Positions 1 through 7,981 of a stretch of DNA of 10,864 nucleotides are shown piece after piece (position 1 is the first letter of the stretch; every line of letters begins with the position of its first letter). Below the pieces are notes generated by a model. It saw only the letters and a list, made by a program, of their open reading frames with translations. It ran no database searches and was not told the origin of the DNA. The stretch comes from Nitrososphaeraceae archaeon (lineage in GTDB: Archaea > Thermoproteota > Nitrososphaeria > Nitrososphaerales > Nitrososphaeraceae). The stretch is from the NCBI GenBank assembly GCA_035297365.1, contig DATGZA010000033.1, positions 1 to 10,864 on the forward strand. The letters are read 5' to 3'. The position numbers and the translations under genes are program-made.

Positions 1-279
1 TTGATTATTTTTTATCCATGATGCAATAGTGAAATTTTGAAGAGAGAGTGTATCATTATGAGGTATATCCTGGTACTCTGTTCCATTCAATAACAGAAAT
101 GGTTCAAAATTGTAATTAGCACTAGTAGTGAGGGATTCTGAATGAGAACCCGATCTTTTCTCAATGCTTTTAGAGGTATTATGGAAAGATGAATCCTGAG
201 CGTTAGCAAGTAGGTTCGAATTTATTATCGAAGCTAAGAAGATTACAGAAATAACTAATATCAGAAAATGGTACTTCAT
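1..279 (-). CDS. 5' part of a secreted LamG/concanavalin A-like domain protein (runs off the left edge; not in ORF track)
   Basis: ATG at 279-277, frame open to base 1: MKYHFLILVISVIFLASIINSNLLANA|QDSSFHN...PFLLLNGTEYQDIPHNDTLSLQNFTIASWIKNNQ. Signal peptide ending ANA; LNG..Y..IP...L....FTIASWIK is the typical start of LamG-like jelly-roll domains. Confidence 0.8.
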   Translation of the reverse strand, partial: MKYHFLILVISVIFLASIINSNLLANAQDSSFHNTSKSIEKRSGSHSESLTTSANYNFEPFLLLNGTEYQDIPHNDTLSLQNFTIASWIKNNQ

Positions 280-598
280 TTTATCTCTCTTTATACTCAA
301 ATTAAATGAATCAAATCTGACTTATTACGCAATTGAAATAAAAATGATTTTTTAAATATAATATCGTATATAATGGAAGTAAAATAACTTGCGTTAATTT
401 TAGATAAATATCTCGAAATTTGCACCCTCATTTTTAGTTAGTCACCATTTAAAAGTTATGTGATACAAAAGGATGAGTGATGACGACATTCTACTAGTCC
501 CAGAGTTTAGCAATTTACATATTTGTACTATTGTTGATTTCTTATACTTTATATGTTAAAGATTTTTATGCTTAATATCATTAGGTCTAATAATATTA

Positions 599-1135
599 AT
601 GCTAGATAATAGTATAAGAGTCTTAGAGTTTGTAAACAATCATCCTGGATGTCATTTTCGACACATAAAAAAGGAATTAGGGTTGTCTATGGGAACAATG
701 CAATATCAATTGAATAAGCTAGAAAAAGATGAAAAAATTATTTCTCTGCGAAAAGGTTTCTACAAATTTTATTATCCATATGGAATATTTCAAGAACATG
801 AGAAGGAGATATTGCAAATATTAAGCCATAAATCTTTACGAAATCTCCTTTTGTATATAATAGAAAAGAAAAATCCTACGAAAGGTGAAATAGCATGTCA
901 TTTGAATATTTCTTATTCAGCGACTAATTGGCACATTGAGAGATTGATATCTTATGGTGTGATAACAGAAAAAAAAGATGGAAAATTTATTAGATATTCG
1001 GTCAATAATAGTGAGTACTCTAACCTTCCTGAAATAATCAGATTATTACAAAGTTATTACAAAGGTGTTTGGGATAGATGGGCTAACAGGCTCGCAGAAA
1101 TATTTCTATTGCTGTCAGACGAAGATAGAAAGTAG
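599..1135 (+). CDS. Tandem winged helix-turn-helix transcriptional regulator (archaeal ArsR-like, two wHTH units), copy 1
   Basis: 178 aa; HTH1 PGCHFRHIKKELGLSMGTMQYQLNKLEK + wing; HTH2 NPTKGEIACHLNISYSATNWHIERL + wing KKDGKFIRY; clear paralog of 8271-8855. Confidence 0.92.
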   Translation: MLDNSIRVLEFVNNHPGCHFRHIKKELGLSMGTMQYQLNKLEKDEKIISLRKGFYKFYYPYGIFQEHEKEILQILSHKSLRNLLLYIIEKKNPTKGEIACHLNISYSATNWHIERLISYGVITEKKDGKFIRYSVNNSEYSNLPEIIRLLQSYYKGVWDRWANRLAEIFLLLSDEDRK

Positions 1136-1144
1136 ATTATTTTT

Positions 1145-1435
1145 ATGATTTTTCAATTTTTAAATATAGAACAATTGGAAGGAATCATATATTTTTTAAG
1201 TGGAGTACTATCTACAATTATATCATCTCTCTCTATTTATGCATATAGAAAAAAAGGCGTCAAGAAAATCCTATATGCAGTATTTGCATTTGTATTTTTT
1301 ACTTTTTATTTATTCTTCGAAGCTCTCGAAGATTTTTATCCTATACTACAATCTAATTCTGTATTAGAGCTTTTTGCTTCATCAATAACAACTTTAGTGA
1401 TTCTGTTCTTCTTTTTCGCTATCATAAAGAAATGA
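1145..1435 (+). CDS. Small 3-TM membrane protein, probably co-transcribed with regulator 1
   Basis: 96 aa, three hydrophobic stretches, basic loop AYRKKGVKK; starts 9 bp after the regulator stop; paralog of 8896-9186. Confidence 0.88.
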   Translation: MIFQFLNIEQLEGIIYFLSGVLSTIISSLSIYAYRKKGVKKILYAVFAFVFFTFYLFFEALEDFYPILQSNSVLELFASSITTLVILFFFFAIIKK

Positions 1436-1712
1436 TTGTTATTGTTTCTTTATGTTAACAAATTTGTATCACAATAACAAAATATATATTGGTTACGTTA
1501 ACGAGACATTTATGTAAATGATATATAATATATTTTCAATAAATATCTTAAAATGAATGTTTGTGATTAACTGTAAAAATGATCAAAATATATCATAAGT
1601 ATAGTTTATGGACATTTTTAAAACTTGAATTTCTAAGGACATGCAACTTATCACATGTTAGATTATACCTTCCGGGATATAGTTTCTCATATTCAGATCG
1701 ATTCTTTTCATT

Positions 1713-2069
1713 CTGGTTTGTGCTGGTATAATGATATCTGTTTCCAGTCTTTCTGACATCCAGATTTTCTACCTGTATTGCGGTCCATCCCTCTCTGCTG
1801 GACGGGAATCCTTTTTTAATCTTGTTAATCTCTCTTCTGGTATTTCTTCAGGTCTACCACTCTTTAATCTGTATTTAATCCTCTTATATCCTCTTCTCTA
1901 TATCCCTTTTACCAGTTTGAAGGCCACGTCTTGCTTCTATAACGTTCTCTTTCTATAGGTGTAGGAATAGATTTCACAGATACTAAATTTAAAACAAAAC
2001 ACATTCTTTTCGTTACCGTGTATTAGTTAGTTTTTTATATAATCTAATAAATTCATTTTTGGAATACAC
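1713..2069 (-). pseudogene. IS630-family transposase N-terminal (HTH) remnant
   Basis: Minus-strand translation across frameshifts and stops: ...RLYKK / VTKRMCFVLNLV...RSKTWPSNW*KGYREEDIRGLN / KSGRPEEIPEE / SSREGWTAIQVENLDVRKTGNRYHYT. Matches the remembered IS630 pattern W..RY...G..GL...+SGRP ... GWT..QV. No DDE domain seen; boundaries approximate. Confidence 0.8.
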
Positions 2070-2508
2070 AATCATTACATTACGAAATAAACATGATGAC
2101 ACATAGCTTTTACTCTCTGTCGTGTATGATAATAATAAAATCTTACTATAAAATATTTGTTAATTGATATAAATCAACAAAACATGGATTAAGTTAGCAT
2201 ATTATTTAAATTCATTGAATAAGAATCTGTAGAACGCCTTTCTATTGTGATTATATTTTCGTTAGTAATTTTATCTTTATACTTATAAACTAAATTATAG
2301 TTATGTTTAGCAATACCTTCTTCAATTCGCATCACCAAGCCAGTATTGTTTCCGTGTTTTTAATACTTTTTCAATGATTGCATAAAATTTTGAGTAATAT
2401 TTTTATCAGTAATGTTTTACTTAAATTAAATTAATTGATTTTTCCTGGATCATTATTATAAGTTATATATTACAAAAATATTTAAACCAATAAAATTTTT
2501 ATCTTAAT

Positions 2509-3627
2509 GTGTTAAATAAATATAATAAAATATTAATCATTTCTTTATGCTTGTCGTTATTACTTTCTACTCATATTTCATTAAAAAATGCATTTTCCAA
2601 AGATGATAATATTTTTGAATTGCCACTAGAAGAATATTACGACCCTAATGACTATATCGGTAAAAGCACTTCATCGCATAAAAGTGAAAACTCTGAAAGT
2701 CAAGATTCTAAAAGTCAACTTATGTCTTTTAAGGAAAAAAATGAACAGTTTGAAGATAAAAAAAATTCGTCTAATTTCAATATTGCAATTGTTGGTGATT
2801 GGGGTTGCACTAAAGATACTAAAAAAACAGTAGATTCTATTGAAGATCACAATCCAGTTATAGTCTTCAGTCTTGGAGATACATCCTATGGCACTGATAT
2901 GAATTGTTGGTTAGACATAGTTAAACCAATATCTGACAAAATGAAGTCAGTAATTGGTAATCATGATTACATGTCACCGATTATTTTCCAACAATATATG
3001 GAAAATTTTGGATTATCCGGGCAATATTACTCGTTTGATTACAAGAACATACATTTTCTAATGATGTCATCTGAATCTACATATAACGCTGGTGAGGAAG
3101 ACAGTTTCTCAGATGCTGAAGAAACAGAGCAATATGAATATGTTGATAAAGATTTGTCGCAGGCATCAAAAAATCCGGATATAAAGTGGATTATTGTTAT
3201 GACTCATAGACAGCAATATTCTTCACACTGTGGACTTCATGATTCGTGTGATCCAATAAAAAAATTGAGAGATACCTACCATCCCCTGTTTGAAAAATAT
3301 GGGGTTGATTTATTGTTTAGTGGACATGCCCATAATTATCAGAGAAGCTATCCTCTATCATATAATGAAAAAAATTCATCACAACCAATTATCAACGATA
3401 ATGGCAAAACTGAATACATATCCCCTAAAGGAATGTTTCAGATGGTTGTTGGCACTGGAGGTGTAAATTTCGATCGATTTTCTGACCAGCAACCATTTAT
3501 CGTATTTCAGCAAGATTCCAGCTATGGATTTTTGAATATCGATTTTCAAAAAGATGGAAATACGTTAATAGGTAAATACTATTCCAATGACGGAGAAGTG
3601 TTAGATGAATTCAAAATAATTAAATGA
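2509..3627 (+). CDS. Secreted purple acid phosphatase-like metallophosphoesterase (PAP1)
   Basis: GTG start, signal peptide ending NAFS, charged linker, then all five PAP motifs: GDWG, GDTSY, GNHD, VMTH, GHAH; C-terminal VVGTGG and YGFLNID. Confidence 0.93.
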   Translation: MLNKYNKILIISLCLSLLLSTHISLKNAFSKDDNIFELPLEEYYDPNDYIGKSTSSHKSENSESQDSKSQLMSFKEKNEQFEDKKNSSNFNIAIVGDWGCTKDTKKTVDSIEDHNPVIVFSLGDTSYGTDMNCWLDIVKPISDKMKSVIGNHDYMSPIIFQQYMENFGLSGQYYSFDYKNIHFLMMSSESTYNAGEEDSFSDAEETEQYEYVDKDLSQASKNPDIKWIIVMTHRQQYSSHCGLHDSCDPIKKLRDTYHPLFEKYGVDLLFSGHAHNYQRSYPLSYNEKNSSQPIINDNGKTEYISPKGMFQMVVGTGGVNFDRFSDQQPFIVFQQDSSYGFLNIDFQKDGNTLIGKYYSNDGEVLDEFKIIK

Positions 3628-3920
3628 GAAAAATAGTATTTTATTTCCCCTTGTATTTTGACAATTATGTTACCTGAAGCTTGGAATATGATAGTAGCAG
3701 AATCAAATCAAAATACTTGATTAGGATTTCTAAAAATAAGATTAATTTTTCTACCTCTTAAAGGTGACAGTCGTTACAACTATGAAAGATAAAAAATTGA
3801 TTTAATTTAAACACTTTTAACATCTAGTAATTTGATATTATCTCTACATCTTATATTATTAGAGATGGCCTCAAACTTTTTTCAATGAAGTTGTTATTTA
3901 ATTAAAGGTTAAAAATAATA

Positions 3921-3958
3921 TGATACAACCATGTATCTATAATAGGTTTATGATACAA
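3921..3958. promoter_or_regulatory. Two TGATACAA motifs 30 bp apart; the first lies in an inverted repeat GATACA-acca-TGTATC
   Basis: tgatacaaccatgtatct at 3921-3938 and tgatacaa at 3951-3958; the same 8-mer recurs in other spacers. Function inferred. Confidence 0.4.
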
Positions 3959-4780
3959 AGATTAATTTACTAAAATATATAATTGTATTATTTATTTTCC
4001 GTATCCAACAATTAAAAATTTGATTAAAAATTTTATACATATCAGTATAAGATTTACATATTTGTTTTCGGATTGATATGATAAATACAACCTAAAAATA
4101 TACTAATCAATAATTCAATGTTAAGTAACATAAATACTATTACGCTTTACAAATATGTAACCATAAATTACGTTGTTATAATTTATTTCTGGTTCTGATT
4201 TCATTATGCTATTTTCAACTAGGCTTTTTGCATGTGCTGTAGATTTGCATATTTCCCTAACTACCGTATTCAGTTCTATGCCATGATTATTTGATACTGA
4301 TCTTCTAATATCCCTCGAAACTATTTCATCTTTCTCTTTGTATATATTTTGATGCATCAATGGTTTGATATTTAATTTCTTTAGATCGTTTTTGCCTTTT
4401 TTCTAGGGTGTTAATATCCTATATGCACATCATAAATCACTTTTTCAACTAATATTTGGTTATTAGCTGTTCATTAGAATTTAAAAATTTGATTTGATTT
4501 CAATTGGAATTTCTCACAAATAGAAGCTGATATATTAGATATTTGCAATGAAGAGTTTTGTAAGTTAATAATTTCTAAACATTTTCTTATCCTATTTGGA
4601 TCAGCTTAATATTTCATATGACGTAACATTCGTTTTCACCATGCTACTACAGTCAAGTAAAAACTCGTAACAGGAGTTAAGTAATATTACATTTTTAATA
4701 ATTGTATTATATATATTAATTATCTAATATCTCTTGCTTAAACATCTCTTTATTACATATAAAAATACAGATATCTCGTC

Positions 4781-5797
4781 TCAAAGGTTATTAGATTTAT
4801 TATCTGGCCCATTATTTTCATTTGAAATGCTAAAATGATCTATTATGTTAATATTATCTGTACTAATATCTTTATAATTTGACACTGGATTTGCATAGAA
4901 AATTCCTTTCAATGACTTATCTTTTATATCAATATTTAGAAAACCAAAATTTTTATCATCTTGTTTTGAAACAAAAGATGATTGTTCATTAATTGCATAA
5001 TGAGATCTTCCTGCAGTACCACAAATAATGTAAATCACTCCATCATCATTGTTATAATCATTTGTATTTTTATTGAATACTAAAGGGTTAGAATTGTCAC
5101 CATTATTGTTATATTTTAGTGGAAAAGTTCTTTGGTAGTTATGGTTATCTCCACTAAATACTAGATCAACACCATATTTGTCAAATAATGGATGAAATAA
5201 ATCCCGGATAGAAGAATCTGATGGATGTTTTGAAGGAGAGGTATAAATTGGAATATGTTCTACAACGAATGTCCAGTCAATTTTCGGATTTTTAAAAGCA
5301 TTCTTTAGATCGTTTGCAATGAATTGATATTGATCTGATCCAGGACCATAATCGAGATAAGGATCGATAAAAACAAGATGAACATTATATAAATTAAAAG
5401 AATAATAGGTTTTCCCTAAATTAAGTGGATCCAAATATTCATTAATTACACCTATCTTACCACCTAGTGTATCACTATAATCATGGTCTCCCATCGCTAT
5501 CTTTAATTTTGATTTAAATGGTAAAATTTCATTAGACCAACAATCTGCGGACCCCTTGTAACTTAAATCACCAGCTGCAATTACAAGTTCAGGATTCTTA
5601 TTTTGGATATTTTGTGAGGTCTTTTTAGCGTCTTCATTACATCCCCAATCCGAGGCAATTGCTATGTTGAATGGCTTTTGTTTTTCGGTGAGTTTATTAC
5701 TTGGAGAAGGATCTTGAGCGTAAACAAGGTTACCACTAATTATTATCGAAGTAACTAACATTGTATATAGAAAATAAAATAAAACAATATATTTCAT
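4781..5797 (-). CDS. Secreted PAP-like metallophosphoesterase with variant metal ligands (PAP2)
   Basis: ATG start with GGTGA 8 nt upstream, signal peptide ending VYA|Q; motifs SDWG, GDLSY, GDHD (for GNHD), VVEH, GDNH (for GHxH). Confidence 0.93.
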   Translation of the reverse strand: MKYIVLFYFLYTMLVTSIIISGNLVYAQDPSPSNKLTEKQKPFNIAIASDWGCNEDAKKTSQNIQNKNPELVIAAGDLSYKGSADCWSNEILPFKSKLKIAMGDHDYSDTLGGKIGVINEYLDPLNLGKTYYSFNLYNVHLVFIDPYLDYGPGSDQYQFIANDLKNAFKNPKIDWTFVVEHIPIYTSPSKHPSDSSIRDLFHPLFDKYGVDLVFSGDNHNYQRTFPLKYNNNGDNSNPLVFNKNTNDYNNDDGVIYIICGTAGRSHYAINEQSSFVSKQDDKNFGFLNIDIKDKSLKGIFYANPVSNYKDISTDNINIIDHFSISNENNGPDNKSNNL

Positions 5798-5805
5798 CTA
5801 TTTTT

Positions 5806-5810
5806 TCACC
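5806..5810 (-). promoter_or_regulatory. Candidate Shine-Dalgarno GGTGA for PAP2
   Basis: Minus strand reads atGGTGAaaaaatagATG; a TATA-like TTTTATAA lies a short distance further upstream. Confidence 0.45.
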
Positions 5811-5960
5811 ATTTTGATAATCTTATTTATAAAATTGTATATGTTGAGTTTTTTTCAAAACATTAGGTAGAATTCTTTGAAAAGGGAATAATCCTTTATG
5901 CGTGGAATATTGTCTAATTTGCATTTATATAATAATTAAATACTAACAATAAATGTATTG

Positions 5961-6020
5961 TGATACAAGTACGTAACAATTAGCGAATATATTGATACAA
6001 GTACGTAACAATTAGTGAAT
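5961..6020. repeat. Direct repeat, 28 bp x2, 32-bp period, 1 mismatch
   Basis: TGATACAAGTACGTAACAATTAGcGAAT at 5961-5988 and TGATACAAGTACGTAACAATTAGtGAAT at 5993-6020. Confidence 0.95.
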
Positions 6021-6205
6021 TTTTATTTAAAATAACATGATAACAAATATATTCTTGTACTATTATTTTTTTTATCTAATTAAAATACATGTCTTTTTAT
6101 TGTGGAATATCTTTTACGTTTGAATTTAAAATATCCAAAGCCAATAAAGCATAGATATAATTATATTCCCATATATTGCTTTCATATTTTTTACATTATT
6201 TATTC

Positions 6206-6492
6206 TTGAGATTACATCTATCCAGCAGTGAGCACATACATGATGGAAAAGTACTACCAAAATTAGTTGAGAATATAACTATAAAACACATAAAGGAAGT
6301 AGATATCCCTATGGCAGACGGCTCATATGGCAGTATCAGTAATTTTCAATTTCTGTCATTTAAGGGAATCAAAGCAGCAATAAAAGTTAGAAAGAGTTCC
6401 AGATGTAGAAGGAAGACCAATCATTACCTTACAAACAACACTGAAAGATAAAGAAAAACATTTTGCAAGAAAGAAAAGATAGGGAAAGCTAA
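6206..6492 (+). pseudogene. IS5-family (IS903-like) transposase internal fragment
   Basis: SEHIHDGKVLPKLVENITIK...ADGSYGS..NFQFLSFKGIKAAIKVRKSSRCRRKTNHYL, then in another frame KKNILQERKDRES*. HD and ADG(A/S)Y motifs of the IS5 DDE core; N- and C-termini absent. Confidence 0.85.
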
Positions 6493-6552
6493 CTGTATAG
6501 GAACAAAATTATTAGATCCAAATCAGACGGTCAAGTATAATCTAAAAAGAAT

Positions 6553-6839
6553 ATGATGCTGATGAGGCATGTAGAAAAGGATTTACACAGGAACTATTTA
6601 GAAATCTTAGTTGTAAATGAGAAAGCCTAATGGAAAATGGTAAAATAGAAAATGGTAAAATAGAAAATAACATATACAAGATAGGAAAATGTTTTGTGCA
6701 TCTTATAAATATCAAGATAAAAATGCAGAATACTTACACTAAGGTAGTAATGGATCCTTCTTGTGTTTGGTATAAGATATATGAATATCTTACAGGAGAA
6801 AAAAATCCTAATGTAAAACTATCTAATGCGATTAAAACA
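6553..6839 (+). pseudogene. IS110-family transposase/recombinase N-terminal (DEDD RuvC-like) remnant
   Basis: 6553-6630 reads MMLMRHVEKDLHRNYLEILVVNEKA* (cf. VGxDLHK...AVVDExG); after a frameshift ENGKIENN...KVVMDPSCVWYKIYEYLTGEKNPNVKLSNAIKT (cf. VVMESs..WY..Y..L......V.LSNP.KT). Similarity ends before the KTDxxDA motif. Confidence 0.82.
6633..6668. repeat. 15-bp tandem duplication (2.4 copies) inside the IS110 remnant
   Basis: GAAAATGGTAAAATA GAAAATGGTAAAATA GAAAAT, giving ENGKI-ENGKI-EN. Confidence 0.92.
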
Positions 6840-6970
6840 ATATGTTATAAAATATATGCTATCTGTAATAACAAACTAACTGAAGATTATTTTGAAAAAT
6901 ATATCTTCTTTTATAATGTAATTGACTAAAGTCTTGATGAATTCAAATAAATAATAGTAAAATAGAAATA

Positions 6971-7981
6971 TTAAACAGATTTTTCTACAATAAATTTATC
7001 CAAAGGTTTTAATTGGTTGTTACTTTCGATTCCATAATATGTTAATTTTAGTTGTTCATCTGTGACATCAATATTCAAAAATCCGAAATGTGTGTTATCT
7101 TGTTTTGCAATATATTGTGGATGATCTAGTATTTCATAATGACTTTTTCCTCCTTCTCCCACAGTAACAAAAATTGGATAAGTATTCTTAAAAATATAGT
7201 CCTTCTGCAGATCTTGAGAATTCGTTCCTAATGATACTATAGGATTAGTAATACTGGATGGATTGTATTTTAATGGATATGTTCTTTCATATATATGATT
7301 ATGTCCTTGTATTACTAAATCAACACCATAGTTATCGAAAATAGTATGATATAACGAACGAAATTCTAATTCAGGTGGATGTTTAGATGTGGAAGTGTAT
7401 AACGGTTTGTGCAACATTACTATAATCCAGTCAAGTTTAGAATCTGTTGAACTGGTTTTTAAATCATTTATAACAAATTTATATTGTGCATCGTTTTTTG
7501 TCGGTTTAAGTTGTGTATCCATTACTAGAACATGTACATTTTTAACATTGAAAGAATAAAAGGGATTTTTCAATTTGTAATGGTTTTCATATTGTTGTTC
7601 TAATGTTTGTGACTGTTCTTCTGAAGAATCATGATTACCAATTGCTATTTTGGTAATACTGTCTAAAGGATTATCCTCATTGAACCAACAATTTCCATCA
7701 GTCTTATAACTTAAATCACCAGGAACTAGAAAAAGATCAGGATTTTTTTCTTTTATGATTTTAATATTATTATTTGCATCAGGCGAACATCCAAAATCAC
7801 TAGAACTAATAACATCAAATCCCTTATTAGTTAATTGCTGACTATATGAGCTTTGGAGGTTTATTACCGATATAAAAATTAAAAAAATGATTATGTGTTT
7901 AACATTATATTGTAAGTAGTTATAGATGATATGAGAATTATATATGAGAGGTCGATTATTTTCTTTTAAATTTTTAATCAA
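6971..7981 (-). CDS. Secreted PAP-like metallophosphoesterase (PAP3); start codon uncertain
   Basis: Motifs SDFG, GDLSY, GNHD, VMLH, GHNH; signal-like KHIIIFLIFISVINLQSSYS|Q begins 27 codons after the only available in-frame start (TTG 7981). Confidence 0.9.
   Translation of the reverse strand: MIKNLKENNRPLIYNSHIIYNYLQYNVKHIIIFLIFISVINLQSSYSQQLTNKGFDVISSSDFGCSPDANNNIKIIKEKNPDLFLVPGDLSYKTDGNCWFNEDNPLDSITKIAIGNHDSSEEQSQTLEQQYENHYKLKNPFYSFNVKNVHVLVMDTQLKPTKNDAQYKFVINDLKTSSTDSKLDWIIVMLHKPLYTSTSKHPPELEFRSLYHTIFDNYGVDLVIQGHNHIYERTYPLKYNPSSITNPIVSLGTNSQDLQKDYIFKNTYPIFVTVGEGGKSHYEILDHPQYIAKQDNTHFGFLNIDVTDEQLKLTYYGIESNNQLKPLDKFIVEKSV

Noticed and set aside
1731-1958. 75-aa plus-strand ORF
   Set aside because: Antisense shadow of the IS630 remnant on the minus strand.
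2648-2833. 61-aa ORF
   Set aside because: Alternate frame fully inside PAP1; no recognisable features.
3821-3867. Imperfect hairpin catctagtaat...attattagagatg
   Set aside because: AT-rich, needs bulges; within chance expectation.
4121-4360. 79-aa minus-strand ORF
   Set aside because: TTG start, no recognisable motif; a faint resemblance to a transposase N-terminus could not be supported. Left uncalled.
5961-6020. Mini CRISPR array
   Set aside because: Only two copies with a 4-bp gap, no spacer-sized unique sequence and no cas genes.
6176-6451. 91-aa ORF as an intact gene
   Set aside because: Internal IS5 fragment with a fortuitous TTG start; called as a pseudogene.
6630-6929. 99-aa ORF as a novel protein with ENGKI repeats
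   Set aside because: Explained as a frameshifted IS110 remnant with a 15-bp duplication and a read-through tail.
2509-7981. Metallophosphoesterases as anti-phage defence or Mre11/SbcD nucleases
   Set aside because: All carry signal-like N-termini and the PAP-specific GDxxY tyrosine; no ATPase or defence partner genes are present.
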